Below, in pieces: positions 1 to 9,526 of a stretch of DNA of 58,100 nucleotides (positions are counted from its first letter, which is position 1; each line of letters begins with the position of its first letter). This DNA is from a virus. Lineage: Duplodnaviria > Caudoviricetes. Location of the stretch: the IMG/VR virus record IMGVR_UViG_3300043465_000956, positions 1-58,100 of that record; one strand, 5' to 3'. The notes under the pieces were generated by a model. That model had not been told where the DNA came from, did no database searches, and saw only the letters and a program-made list of their open reading frames with translations. Both the position numbers and the translations under genes were made by a program.

Positions 1-1
1 G

Positions 2-175
2 GTAGGCCTATCTGCCGTTCCTTCTGATAGATTCAGGACGGCGGTAAAAGAAGAAATAGATAGGGTCGAATCAGTTCTAGCCTCATACATAGAGATAGAG
101 TACGACAAGACCTTCAAAGTTAAAAAGCTGATTCCTCCCGACCGTTTGATTGACAAGGACCAGTGGGACAAATGA
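2..175 (+). CDS. 3' end of a hypothetical protein (truncated by window edge)
   Basis: Open frame from position 2 (VGLSAVPSDRF...DKDQWDK*) ending in TGA that overlaps the next ATG (ATGA at 172-175). Confidence 0.6.
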   Translation, partial: VGLSAVPSDRFRTAVKEEIDRVESVLASYIEIEYDKTFKVKKLIPPDRLIDKDQWDK

Positions 176-912
176 CGCTACTATTGAAGATGGACTGGGT
201 AGTTGAAAAAGATGTTTTCGAAGAGAATGAGCAACAATTAGTCGAAATCCTTGGGGATAGGCTGAGTTGGGTGTCATATGGAATAAATGGGCCGACGTTC
301 TCCAAGTCTCCCGTTACGGACTACATCTTCTACGGTACTCACACTCTGGGCAGACGACTTCAAAAGTCCAAAGGACCAAAAGCCATATGCTGGCTCTACG
401 ATAAAGTCTATGATTGTAATTACTACCTTCCATTCTTTGGCGGTTATGCCCTAAACAATCCCCACTTGTTCGTAGAAGCTGGCACCTTTTCTTTACTGAG
501 GGCTTCACTAGGTCATCCGGCCATGTTCATCAAACAGAACAGCGGCTACAAGACGTTCACAGGGGTTGTAGTGGACTCGGAAGTCCCAACTGATCTCTAC
601 AGAGACGAACTCCTGATGCTTGCTCCAGTGAAGCCTGTGGAGCTTGAGTGGAGATTCGTGATAAGCAAAGGTTCCGTCTTGACTCAGTCACCTTACGGTG
701 ATATACTCGAAAGCGGCCCGCGAATGGAAGAGGCCAAAGAGTTTGCCAAGTCCGTCATTCCGGAGGACTATGATCCTGCTCCCCTGTGGACACTCGACAT
801 TTGCAGATCCGAAGGATCGTATAAGGTTGTTGAGGTGAACAGCTTGCTTTCCGCAGGCTGGTACAACTGCGATATTGCAAAAATAGTGGAGGCAGTAGAT
901 GAACACAACTAG
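172..912 (+). CDS. ATP-grasp-like protein (DUF4343/R2K-type)
   Basis: Motifs FIKQNSGYKTFTGVV, EWRFVI, WTLDIC, VVEVNSLLSAGWY resemble phage ATP-grasp proteins; ATG at 172 is coupled to the upstream stop. Confidence 0.7.
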   Translation: MTLLLKMDWVVEKDVFEENEQQLVEILGDRLSWVSYGINGPTFSKSPVTDYIFYGTHTLGRRLQKSKGPKAICWLYDKVYDCNYYLPFFGGYALNNPHLFVEAGTFSLLRASLGHPAMFIKQNSGYKTFTGVVVDSEVPTDLYRDELLMLAPVKPVELEWRFVISKGSVLTQSPYGDILESGPRMEEAKEFAKSVIPEDYDPAPLWTLDICRSEGSYKVVEVNSLLSAGWYNCDIAKIVEAVDEHN

Positions 913-1117
913 GATCGTAGTTCTGGCTACTTTTGTGATTCTTGGAATCTATGATGCTTGGGTTTGTTCTGCTGGTAAGACGGACGCTTCTATCAGTCAG
1001 TTCATAGTAGACCTAGTGAACATTAGTCCAGTTGCCTATGGTGTTTTCTGTATTTTGCTGGGACATTTCGGATTCCCCATGGTTTACAAATTTAAGAAGA
1101 TCCCGCCGCCCAGCTAG
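899..1117 (+). CDS. small membrane protein with two predicted TM helices
   Basis: Two hydrophobic stretches (IVVLATFVILGIY; VAYGVFCILLGHFGF), basic C-terminus, SD GGAGG upstream. Confidence 0.65.
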   Translation: MNTTRIVVLATFVILGIYDAWVCSAGKTDASISQFIVDLVNISPVAYGVFCILLGHFGFPMVYKFKKIPPPS

Positions 1118-1128
1118 GGCGTATTAAT
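1118..1128 (+). promoter_or_regulatory. candidate phage promoter element GGCGTATTAAT
   Basis: Lies 30 nt before the nrdA ATG; near-identical GGCGTATAAAT lies 32 nt before the major tail gene on the - strand. Confidence 0.3.
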
Positions 1129-1158
1129 CTATGCACCTCATTTTTACTAGGGAAGAAT

Positions 1159-3375
1159 ATGACAGATTTGTTGGTCAAGAAGCGTAACGGGAAGATGGAG
1201 GAGTTTGATGCGGAGAAGGTTAATAAGGTACTAGAGTGGGCATGTGAGGGTGTTTCCGACGTTAGCCCTAGCGATGTCGCGATGAATGCCAAGCTTAGTA
1301 TCTCGAATAAGATCAAGACGAAGGATATTCAGGAGGTTTTGATTCAGTCCGCCTACAATCTGATCAGCGAAGATACTCCGAACTACCAGTTCGTTGCAGC
1401 CCGCCTTAGGTTGTATGCCCTCCGTAAAGAAGTATGGGGAGGGAATTTGCCGCCCCGCCTACTAGACCATCTCAAGAAGAATAAGAAGGTCTACGATGAT
1501 GTACTCCTAGAGTCCTACTCGGAGTCCGAAATCCATAAGATTGACAAAATGATCAATCATGATAGGGATTTTCGTTTTACCCATGCTGGTATTCAGCAGA
1601 TGATTGAGAAGTATTTGATCTGCGATCGGTCTACCAAGAAGATCTTCGAGACTCCACAGTTCGCCTTTATGCTAATCCCTATGGTTCTCTACGCCAATAG
1701 AGAAGATCGTATGGACTTGATCAAACAGGCATATAATTACATCTCGAAGTTCAAGATTAATCTGCCTACACCCGTTCTGTCTGGCGTGCGGTCCCGCACA
1801 AAGTACTACAGTTCTTGCGTTCTGATCGATTGTGGAGACGATCTAGATTCTATCTTTACCTCGTCTGGTGTGGCTGGTAAATATACAGCCCGCAGAAGTG
1901 GTATTGGTATGAACATGGGCAGAGTTAGGGCAAAAAATTGCCCAATCCGAGATAGTGAAGTTATCTCTACTGGCGTCGTACCATTCATGCGACTGATGGA
2001 AAACTCCGTAAAGTGTACATCCCAAAATGGGACTAGGGGCGGTGGGGCGACAATCTCATTTCCTTGGTGGCATTACGAGATTGAGGATGTGGTTGTTCTA
2101 AAGAACAATCGGGGAACCGATGATAACCGAGTCAAAAAGTTAGACTATTGCATTCAACTTGACAAGACCTTCTTCGATCGGGTTAAGAATGATGAAGATG
2201 TCACTCTGGTTTGCCCACATGAATCTGACCTGTATCAATACTGGGGGAGTAAAGAGTTTACGCAGAAATACGAAGAGGCCGAAAGTAAGTCTTTAAGACT
2301 AACAAAGACTATCAAAGCACGAGACCTACTGTTCTTGATCGCTAAGGAGCGACTTGAAACTGGCCGAATCTACATCATGTTCATGGATAGTTGCAATCAG
2401 TCGTCGTGGGATGAGCTTATCCAGATGACTAATCTCTGCGTAGAGATCCTACAACCAGTATCTCCCCTATATTCCGTAAACGACCAGAATGGTAGAATCG
2501 GCATTTGTATTCTCTCCTCAATCAATCTAGTTGAGACTAAGCACGCAGAAATTCCCAAAGTCTGCGAAACTATCGTGAGGTTGCTCAATAGCCTCATCGA
2601 TTACCAACTCTACCCATTCCCAGCAGCAGAACTCTTTTGTAAAAGAAAGAGATCCCTAGGAATCGGCATCACTAACTTTGCCGCTTGGTTGGCAGAGAAT
2701 GGTATGAACCATGAGACTCCTGAATCAATTGAAGCCTCTAATGATTTGATGGAGTACATTCAGTATAACCTACTTCTCGCTTCCTCGAAGCTGGCAGATG
2801 AAAATGGTCATGCTCTAGACTTCTATGCTTCCAAGTACTCACGTGGCTGGCTCCCGGTTGACAATCATTCATCTTTACCGGATGATCTTCAGTTCCCTCT
2901 CAAGCAAGACTGGGAGTGGCTAAGAGCGGAGATTGCTAGGACTGGCTTGTTCAACTGCACTCTCTCAACAATTATGCCCGCTGAAAGTTCGAGCGTTTTA
3001 CACTCGTCAACTAATGGGTTTGAGCCGATCAGAGCCTTACTCACTGAGAAGATTGCTAAGAACGGTGTGAAGAAGGTGCTAACGCCGAACTATCCCAAGA
3101 ACAAGAAACAATATACGATTGCTTGGGATATGACCAGCAATTTGAATTGCATCAAGATGGCTGGTGCGTTCCAAAAGTGGGTTGATATGTCTATGAGCTT
3201 TAATACTTATCTTAACTATCAACACTATGAGAATGGGGAAATTCCAATCTCCGTGGTAGTTCAGGATATCATTAATGCTTACAAATACGGTCTCCGGACC
3301 ATGTACTATAACAATACCCCAAATGACAACGAGGAGGCTGATGCTTCCTGTACTGGTGGAGCGTGTTCGATATGA
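1159..3375 (+). CDS. nrdA: ribonucleoside-diphosphate reductase class Ia, alpha subunit
   Basis: N-terminal ATP cone (VKKRNGKMEEFD), ETPQF, YSSCVL, catalytic TNLCVEI, MPAESSS, TNGFEP, MYY and C-terminal CTGGAC. Confidence 0.97.
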   Translation: MTDLLVKKRNGKMEEFDAEKVNKVLEWACEGVSDVSPSDVAMNAKLSISNKIKTKDIQEVLIQSAYNLISEDTPNYQFVAARLRLYALRKEVWGGNLPPRLLDHLKKNKKVYDDVLLESYSESEIHKIDKMINHDRDFRFTHAGIQQMIEKYLICDRSTKKIFETPQFAFMLIPMVLYANREDRMDLIKQAYNYISKFKINLPTPVLSGVRSRTKYYSSCVLIDCGDDLDSIFTSSGVAGKYTARRSGIGMNMGRVRAKNCPIRDSEVISTGVVPFMRLMENSVKCTSQNGTRGGGATISFPWWHYEIEDVVVLKNNRGTDDNRVKKLDYCIQLDKTFFDRVKNDEDVTLVCPHESDLYQYWGSKEFTQKYEEAESKSLRLTKTIKARDLLFLIAKERLETGRIYIMFMDSCNQSSWDELIQMTNLCVEILQPVSPLYSVNDQNGRIGICILSSINLVETKHAEIPKVCETIVRLLNSLIDYQLYPFPAAELFCKRKRSLGIGITNFAAWLAENGMNHETPESIEASNDLMEYIQYNLLLASSKLADENGHALDFYASKYSRGWLPVDNHSSLPDDLQFPLKQDWEWLRAEIARTGLFNCTLSTIMPAESSSVLHSSTNGFEPIRALLTEKIAKNGVKKVLTPNYPKNKKQYTIAWDMTSNLNCIKMAGAFQKWVDMSMSFNTYLNYQHYENGEIPISVVVQDIINAYKYGLRTMYYNNTPNDNEEADASCTGGACSI

Positions 3376-3641
3376 TGCTAATAGAAATAGAGGGCATAGG
3401 AAATCATGATGGGTATTACTACCACGTAGACAATGGATTGCAGCCCTTCTTGGCCGATGCTGAATATGTGAAACGCGATCAATATGATTGTCTTAATATA
3501 AGGAAAATGCAATTTCTATTCAACAGAGATTTCTCTAACCTAGATGAGAAATTACATCGATTCGTTTCATTCCATATAATTGCTTTTTTTCCACAGTATA
3601 GCGAAATTACTGTACGATACAAGAAGAAGAAAAATGCGTAG
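3372..3641 (+). CDS. hypothetical protein between nrdA and nrdB
   Basis: ATGA overlap with the nrdA stop and overlap with the nrdB start; AT-rich. Confidence 0.6.
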   Translation: MMLIEIEGIGNHDGYYYHVDNGLQPFLADAEYVKRDQYDCLNIRKMQFLFNRDFSNLDEKLHRFVSFHIIAFFPQYSEITVRYKKKKNA

Positions 3642-4677
3642 TGTTCTTAATACGATGGTGGTCGATACCACAAAACAGCCCATGTTCCTAGGAGAGGGAC
3701 TCTCCCTACAACGCTATGACAAATGCAAGTATGAGATATTCTTAACGCTCTTCAAGAAGCAGTTGGGATTTTTCTGGCGACCCGAAGAAATCTCCCTGTC
3801 GAAGGACATTGGAGACTATAAGTTACTTAGTGAGCATGAGAAATTCATCTTCACTTCGAATCTGAAGTTCCAAACGATGATGGATTCAGTGATCGCTCGG
3901 GCTATTCCGAACCTAACTCAGTATGTGAGTCTGCCCGAATTGGAAGCCTGCATGAACATCTGGGCGGCTTTTGAAACGCTGCACAGCTACTCATACAGCT
4001 ATCTCATTAACAATGTATATCCGAATCCTTCGGATGTTCTGGATGATGTCCTAAAGGACGAGGAGATCGTAAAGAGGGCCAACTCAGTGTCTAGTGCTTT
4101 CGATGCACTTAATTTTGATGCTAGCGATCGACCTATTAAGGAAAGAATCTACCTTGGTTTAATGAGTACTAATATTCTCGAAGCCGTTAGGTTCTACGTA
4201 AGCTTCGCTTGTGCGTTAGCTTTCGAGCAGAACAATAAGATGTGTGGTAACGCACAAATTATCAAGTTGATTCGTAACGACGAAGCCTGTCATATGTCTA
4301 TTACTCAGACCATCTTACGACTTATGCGGGACCATGAGCAAGAAGGCTTCCAAGAAGTGGCGAAGGCCTGCAAGGCCGAAGCCACTTCCATGTTCCTTGA
4401 AGCAGCAGAAGAAGAAAAGGCGTGGGCTTCCTACCTGTTCAAAGACGGCGGCATGATCGGGCTCAACGAAAAGATTATGCACCAGTACATTGAATCCCTA
4501 GTGGACAAGAGGCTCATTGGTGCCGGTCTTGAGAAGCACTTTGGAACGAAGAACCCAATCAGTTGGCTGGAAGCCGACAGTAAAGGAAAACAGACTGCCC
4601 CACAAGAACAGGAGATTATCTCCTATAAGATTGGGGCATATAAGAACGACCTATCTAACGCTACTTTGGAGTGGTAA
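3634..4677 (+). CDS. nrdB: ribonucleoside-diphosphate reductase class Ia, beta subunit
   Basis: FFWRPEEI, QTMMDS, FETLHSYSY (metal ligands and radical Tyr), LEAVRFYVSF, DEACH, APQEQEI; ATG at 3634. Confidence 0.97.
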   Translation: MRSVLNTMVVDTTKQPMFLGEGLSLQRYDKCKYEIFLTLFKKQLGFFWRPEEISLSKDIGDYKLLSEHEKFIFTSNLKFQTMMDSVIARAIPNLTQYVSLPELEACMNIWAAFETLHSYSYSYLINNVYPNPSDVLDDVLKDEEIVKRANSVSSAFDALNFDASDRPIKERIYLGLMSTNILEAVRFYVSFACALAFEQNNKMCGNAQIIKLIRNDEACHMSITQTILRLMRDHEQEGFQEVAKACKAEATSMFLEAAEEEKAWASYLFKDGGMIGLNEKIMHQYIESLVDKRLIGAGLEKHFGTKNPISWLEADSKGKQTAPQEQEIISYKIGAYKNDLSNATLEW

Positions 4678-4998
4678 ATGTTGACTGACCATATCAATGA
4701 CGAACAACTACTGTCTATATTGCTTGATAACCAAGCCAGTGTAGACTATCACATGGATGGACTAAGTGGCGAACTAATCACTCTATACTGCATGGAGAAG
4801 TTGGGAGTAGACACGCCATTTGACCGTGTTTATGAGGAGATTACAATCCTCATTGCTGATCACATCAAGGAGAATCTGGTTAAGGACGGCTTCCTTGAAC
4901 CAGAGTATGGTGAAGAGGGTATCACTTACAGAATGACGCCAGATGGCGAAGCTATGGCCAAGCAGTACAAAGAAGTACTAGAAGAGAACCATGACTAG
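4678..4998 (+). CDS. hypothetical protein (acidic, possible winged-helix C-terminus)
   Basis: Starts immediately after the nrdB stop; LVKDGFLE...YRMTPDG resembles a wHTH wing. Confidence 0.7.
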   Translation: MLTDHINDEQLLSILLDNQASVDYHMDGLSGELITLYCMEKLGVDTPFDRVYEEITILIADHIKENLVKDGFLEPEYGEEGITYRMTPDGEAMAKQYKEVLEENHD

Positions 4999-5707
4999 AC
5001 AAAGAGCAAAAACAGAGCGTACTCCACCAAGCGGAGGATACTCTCCTAGGTATAATCTTATCAAGCCTAAGACTATCAACCAAAGAGATTATGTATCTTC
5101 CATTAAGGAAAATGACGTAACTATTTGTTCAGGTCCGTCAGGCAGTGGAAAATCATTGGTGGCTCTTTCTACTGCTATCTCTAGCCTGATTGATCCTAAT
5201 AAATCCTTTAGTAGGGTTTATGTTACTAGGCCAATGATCTCTACCTCTACAAAGGACTTTCCATGGATCAAGGGAAGTTTGATTGATAAACTGAGACCTT
5301 GGTTTGCTCCTATCTTGGCCAATCTTGAAGAGCTTGTGGGATCGAAGACAGAGCTTGAAAAACTCATTGAGCAAGAGACTATCTGCTTACAAGCGATAGA
5401 ACTGATGAGAGGGTTCACCTACAAGAACTGCTACGTTCTGATCACCGAAGCTCAGAACATGACTGTTCCGCAGGCTGTTATGGCGATCACCAGAATCGGC
5501 GAAAACTGTAAGATGGTTTTTGAGGGTGACACAGATCAAAAAGACCTAAGAGGAGAAGAAGATGGACTGTCATACCTAAAGAGAAAGCTAATAAATAGGC
5601 CAGATCTGTGCGGTATGGTATCTCTAGATTCGTCTGATATCTTACGACATCCCCTAATCGGCCAGATTCTAGAGCAGCTAGATTATAGGGGTTTGGGCTC
5701 ATACTAG
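4991..5707 (+). CDS. phoH: PhoH-family ATPase
   Basis: KPKTINQ, Walker A GPSGSGKS, VTRP, MRGFTY, EAQN, TRIG, GDTDQKD, ILRHPLI. Confidence 0.93.
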   Translation: MTRQRAKTERTPPSGGYSPRYNLIKPKTINQRDYVSSIKENDVTICSGPSGSGKSLVALSTAISSLIDPNKSFSRVYVTRPMISTSTKDFPWIKGSLIDKLRPWFAPILANLEELVGSKTELEKLIEQETICLQAIELMRGFTYKNCYVLITEAQNMTVPQAVMAITRIGENCKMVFEGDTDQKDLRGEEDGLSYLKRKLINRPDLCGMVSLDSSDILRHPLIGQILEQLDYRGLGSY

Positions 5708-5717
5708 GAGCAAAGAC

Positions 5718-5930
5718 ATGGTATTCCGCTTGTTCAGAGGCACCGAGCAGATAACTACTAGGGGCAATAGAGACAATATCTATGTATCTCTTAAGAATGC
5801 GAAGATAGCTCTGAAACAATATCTATCTTGGGCCAACAAAAAGATTCTAGACAAAAATCTACAAGTCAAAGCAGAGGATTGCAAGATTGTTGGGTTTGAG
5901 TTGGTGGAGAAAGTACAATATCAACTTTAA
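5718..5930 (+). CDS. hypothetical protein
   Basis: SD AGGAG upstream of ATG; 70-aa ORF in operon context. Confidence 0.7.
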   Translation: MVFRLFRGTEQITTRGNRDNIYVSLKNAKIALKQYLSWANKKILDKNLQVKAEDCKIVGFELVEKVQYQL

Positions 5931-6274
5931 AAAGACTCATATTCTTTATATCTCTTGTTTGCATCTATGATATTTATTGTACCATCAAGTACTCAGACTC
6001 ATTGCACGTTTTTGAGAGGAACACCATAGCTCGGATGCTGATAAGCGGCCACGAGGTCGCTTATTTTACCTCCAACATAGATGGGTCTGTGTCAAAACAA
6101 GTGTTACATAGATCGAACGATGTATCAAAACTAGTTGTATTCAAGATCTTTGGTCTACTCGTAGCTATTGAGATCTTGGAATGGTTAGCGATAAAAGATA
6201 CAAAATCATCTAGAGCCATCATATACACAATAACTCTCGTTCAGGCAACTTTACTTTATTATCTGGTGACATAA
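5918..6274 (+). CDS. membrane protein (DUF5658-like), probable ATA start
   Basis: Frame is open upstream of the TTG at 6002 through a TM helix (LIFFISLVCIYDIYCT) back to TGA at 5897; SD GGAG at 5906-5909 precedes ATA at 5918; E-x-N-x-x-A-R motif. Confidence 0.6.
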   Translation: MSTLKRLIFFISLVCIYDIYCTIKYSDSLHVFERNTIARMLISGHEVAYFTSNIDGSVSKQVLHRSNDVSKLVVFKIFGLLVAIEILEWLAIKDTKSSRAIIYTITLVQATLLYYLVT

Positions 6275-6597
6275 TGCCTATCTATGAATATGGTTGCTCA
6301 TTCGAAGAATGTGGGCATCGCTTTGAAGTTGTCCAAGGAATCAAAGACCCAGTAAAAAAGAAGTGTCCAGCCTGCAAGAAACCATCTTTGGAGAGGTTGA
6401 TCTTTCCGGTTATGGGGCAGATGAAAGAGGTCAGAACACTTGGTCAGTTGGCCGAGAAGAACACCAAGATGGCTGGATCTAAGATGCAGACAGAGGAATC
6501 AGACAAGGTGCTTCGCCGCAAGGCGAAAGCCAGAGAAATCAACGAGATCAACAGAATGTCCGATAAACAAAAGAAAAAATTTATTGAGGGAAAGTAA
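6274..6597 (+). CDS. FmdB-family zinc-ribbon protein
   Basis: MPIYEYGCSFEECGHRFEVVQ...CPACKK...LERL. Confidence 0.85.
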   Translation: MPIYEYGCSFEECGHRFEVVQGIKDPVKKKCPACKKPSLERLIFPVMGQMKEVRTLGQLAEKNTKMAGSKMQTEESDKVLRRKAKAREINEINRMSDKQKKKFIEGK

Positions 6598-6926
6598 TGT
6601 CAGAAGACAAAAGAGAAGTAGCGTTTGTAAATGATATGTCGGATATCACCAAGGAGGAAGTCCGCGTCACCTTTTATGGTCAGGCAGGAAAAGAGTGTGA
6701 CCCCGGCAAGGCTATCATCACGATGACTACCCGTGGAGACAAGGCCATCTATCATGCACTCATGCATCTTGGTAGTATCTACGACCCAACTTCTATAAAG
6801 TTCCCAAAAGATGGGCAATACAGAAAAATCACCAAGGCATGTTTTGACAAGTTTCTACTAGCATTGAAATCTGGAGATTATGGCGATTATGAAAAAGCAG
6901 CACGCGAGTACCGAAGGGCTGAATAA
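6597..6926 (+). CDS. hypothetical protein
   Basis: TAATG coupling to the upstream gene; 109 aa. Confidence 0.75.
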   Translation: MSEDKREVAFVNDMSDITKEEVRVTFYGQAGKECDPGKAIITMTTRGDKAIYHALMHLGSIYDPTSIKFPKDGQYRKITKACFDKFLLALKSGDYGDYEKAAREYRRAE

Positions 6927-7254
6927 GATTCAAAAGTTCTATATTGCCCATCATAGGTCTAGAGACCCTAAGGCTCTCTCAATAGATGTAGGATGTACAA
7001 TCAAGCTGGTTAGGGCATTTCTTCTGTCTCTGGACAAGAGAGATGCTAAGAAAGAAGCCGCAGCAAAAGAAGCTGAAGCCAACAAGCCGCCAGATCGAGG
7101 CATTCAACAGATCAAAGTTGATGACCTGATGATGAAGAACAAGAAAAAGGGTGTGGTCGTGATGACGCAGGCCGCTTCTGAGCAGTCTGACGCTACCCGC
7201 AACAGAATGTCTCCTAGATTGGCACAACATGTCCAAAAGATACGACCAGAGTGA
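6880..7254 (+). CDS. hypothetical basic protein (possible HTH)
   Basis: SD GGAG; Lys/Arg-rich; PKALSIDVGCTIKLVRAF is HTH-like. Confidence 0.7.
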   Translation: MAIMKKQHASTEGLNKIQKFYIAHHRSRDPKALSIDVGCTIKLVRAFLLSLDKRDAKKEAAAKEAEANKPPDRGIQQIKVDDLMMKNKKKGVVVMTQAASEQSDATRNRMSPRLAQHVQKIRPE

Positions 7255-7639
7255 TCTTAGGCCCTTTCAGTCGATGTACAAAGAGGGGTGTGTCACAGTC
7301 GATAACTTCATAGCTGAGATGATCTTCAAGAGACGGGCAGAGTTCAATAAAGAGGCTCTGCCCCAATCTTTCTGGAATAACCCTAAATACAAAGGGACCT
7401 ACCTTAAGGAGATCATTGGAATAAATAGGCTATTGGAGCGAATGTGCTCTTCTTGTATTATAAAGGCCTTCAATAAGACCAAGGCTTGTTCAATCACTAA
7501 TCCAGCCTTGGTCTCTCTCGCTGAGCAGTATCAGAAAGAGATGGGGGATATCAATAAGATAGTGACAAAAACTGAGGAAAAAGCAGTACAAGCTCCTCAG
7601 AAACCGTTTGGCAAAGTAAATAGGTTGAGTGAATTATAA
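7229..7639 (+). CDS. hypothetical protein
   Basis: 136-aa ORF; TAATG-coupled to recA. Confidence 0.75.
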   Translation: MSKRYDQSDLRPFQSMYKEGCVTVDNFIAEMIFKRRAEFNKEALPQSFWNNPKYKGTYLKEIIGINRLLERMCSSCIIKAFNKTKACSITNPALVSLAEQYQKEMGDINKIVTKTEEKAVQAPQKPFGKVNRLSEL

Positions 7640-8685
7640 TGGCGAAAAAAGCAAAGAGTGAAGAAGTCGATTCTGGCGATGTTGGTATGGCTGCTATCAA
7701 GAAGAAATATGGAGATATTATCCGTAGTGGTACTGACATCTTTGATGAAAAATCTAATAAGAGATGTGTTAGCATCAGCCCAGCATATGACCTAGGTCTT
7801 AATGGGGGCATTCTTGAAGGAAGTTGGACAGTAATCTCTGGTGTCCCAAAATGCGGCAAGTCCAGCCTATGTCTCCAGCTTATCGCGAATGCTCAAGCAC
7901 AGGGCCGTAGAGGAATTTATGCAGACGCAGAAAGTCGTATCAAGCAGTATAACTTAGCCGGGATTCACAATCTAGACAAGAAAGAAATTGAGGTTATTAG
8001 CGGTAAAGAAGAAGATCTTTCTGCCGAAGACATGCTCAATACGGTTAATGCTATGATTCGCCTTCCTAAAAATAGGGGGTCAGTATGTGTAATTGATTCT
8101 ACTTCATCTCTACTCCCAAGAGATGAGATGGACGCAGAAGTGTCTTCAAAACTAAGAGCACAGTTACCTAAGATGCTATCTCATTGGGTCAAGCAGAATG
8201 CCCAAGTTGTCGTCAGGAATGACATTCTGATGGTCCTTATCACTCACTATATCACCAATACGAGTGGTTATGGTAAGCATAAAGTGGCCGACTGTGGAGT
8301 TATGGTCCAATATCAGGCCGACAATAGACTTGATTTTACTCATGTAGAGCCATGGGAAGAAAACGGTAAAAAGATAGGCCAAAAGACTACTTGTGATATT
8401 AGTTGTTCGGCAATGGGTGCCAGTGGAAATACTGTGACTTCATACCTAAGATTTGGCCACGGAATTGACTGTACTAAAGAGTTCATTGAGTTGGGCGAAT
8501 CATTTGGCCTTATTGAAAAGGCGGGAGCTTGGTTCACCCTTCCATACCTAGCCGAGCATTCAGACTTGGCTTCAGTAGCTGAGCAGAAGTTCCAAGGGCA
8601 GCAGAAGGTCTATGACTTCATCTCTTCTACCCCCTTGGCTAGTGAGTTCCTAAAGAAGGAGCTTGCATCATTGCTCGCATCGTGA
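7639..8685 (+). CDS. recA: RecA/UvsX-like recombinase
   Basis: DLGLNGGILEG, Walker A GVPKCGKS, YADAE, Walker B VIDS, IEKAGAWF, KFQGQQK. Confidence 0.9.
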   Translation: MAKKAKSEEVDSGDVGMAAIKKKYGDIIRSGTDIFDEKSNKRCVSISPAYDLGLNGGILEGSWTVISGVPKCGKSSLCLQLIANAQAQGRRGIYADAESRIKQYNLAGIHNLDKKEIEVISGKEEDLSAEDMLNTVNAMIRLPKNRGSVCVIDSTSSLLPRDEMDAEVSSKLRAQLPKMLSHWVKQNAQVVVRNDILMVLITHYITNTSGYGKHKVADCGVMVQYQADNRLDFTHVEPWEENGKKIGQKTTCDISCSAMGASGNTVTSYLRFGHGIDCTKEFIELGESFGLIEKAGAWFTLPYLAEHSDLASVAEQKFQGQQKVYDFISSTPLASEFLKKELASLLAS

Positions 8686-9077
8686 TAGGGTTGGATGGGA
8701 GGCAGCATAAGCTCATCCTGCAATCCACCAAACGGAAGACTAGGGCCAAGTCAGCCCCTCACCAAAAAGCCCTTTCTCTTTTACTGGAGATTCTTCCCGG
8801 AGTTGTTGTCTTCGAAGAAGTCACACTGCCGGGTTGTGGGCTCTACCTAGACATATTCCTTCCATCTATCTCGATAGCCATAGAAGTACATGGTCGGCAG
8901 CACTATGAATTCGTCCCATTCTTTCACAAGACAAAGGGCGACTTCCTGATGTCCCGCAAAAGAGATAAAGACAAAAGGGAATGGTGTGAACTTAATGAGA
9001 TTACTCTTGTTGAACTGCCATACGACGAGGAGGAAAAATGGAAGAGCTTGATCGCTTCAGCGATATCACAGGATTAA
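8682..9077 (+). CDS. Vsr/DUF559-like PD-(D/E)xK nuclease
   Basis: LYLDIFLP..IAIEVHGRQHY...RDKDKREWC...ITLVELPY; GTGA overlap with recA (alternative ATT start at 8670). Confidence 0.75.
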   Translation: MIGLDGRQHKLILQSTKRKTRAKSAPHQKALSLLLEILPGVVVFEEVTLPGCGLYLDIFLPSISIAIEVHGRQHYEFVPFFHKTKGDFLMSRKRDKDKREWCELNEITLVELPYDEEEKWKSLIASAISQD

Positions 9078-9526
9078 AAGAACTAACATCATTTGTGGAT
9101 AGATACTGTCTAGAGTTTATGACTCCGGATTGTAAATTTGACCCTGTCGTTCAGATAATCATAGATATGCCATATGAGGATCTGGCCACTATTAGCTCCG
9201 ATGATGCCTACTCATACTCATTCAAGCTTCACTCCTATTGTATCTTCCTCAGGAAAGAGCTAGATAAGTGTATAGCTAAAAAGCTATGGTGTGAAGAGAT
9301 ACTCCATAATATTGTGGCCAGACACTGGAATGCTCACTCTGAATACATGAAGTATGAAGTAAAGAGACATGCGATCATTCAGGAAGATACATTTGCAGTA
9401 AAAGTCGAGAAAATGCGAATATATTTGTCTGGGGCGATTGCTCAATCAGACAACAAGCTCGAATCAGTAAAAAAGATGGCAGATATCCTTCAAGATTTTG
9501 GGAAAAAGAAATCGTATGATAAATAA
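9038..9526 (+). CDS. helical hypothetical protein (possible UvsY-like recombination mediator)
   Basis: SD GGAGG; coiled-coil character; the UvsY idea rests only on position near recA. Confidence 0.6.
   Translation: MEELDRFSDITGLKELTSFVDRYCLEFMTPDCKFDPVVQIIIDMPYEDLATISSDDAYSYSFKLHSYCIFLRKELDKCIAKKLWCEEILHNIVARHWNAHSEYMKYEVKRHAIIQEDTFAVKVEKMRIYLSGAIAQSDNKLESVKKMADILQDFGKKKSYDK

Noticed and set aside
899-1117. Holin call for the two-TM protein
   Set aside because: No endolysin nearby, and topology alone is insufficient.
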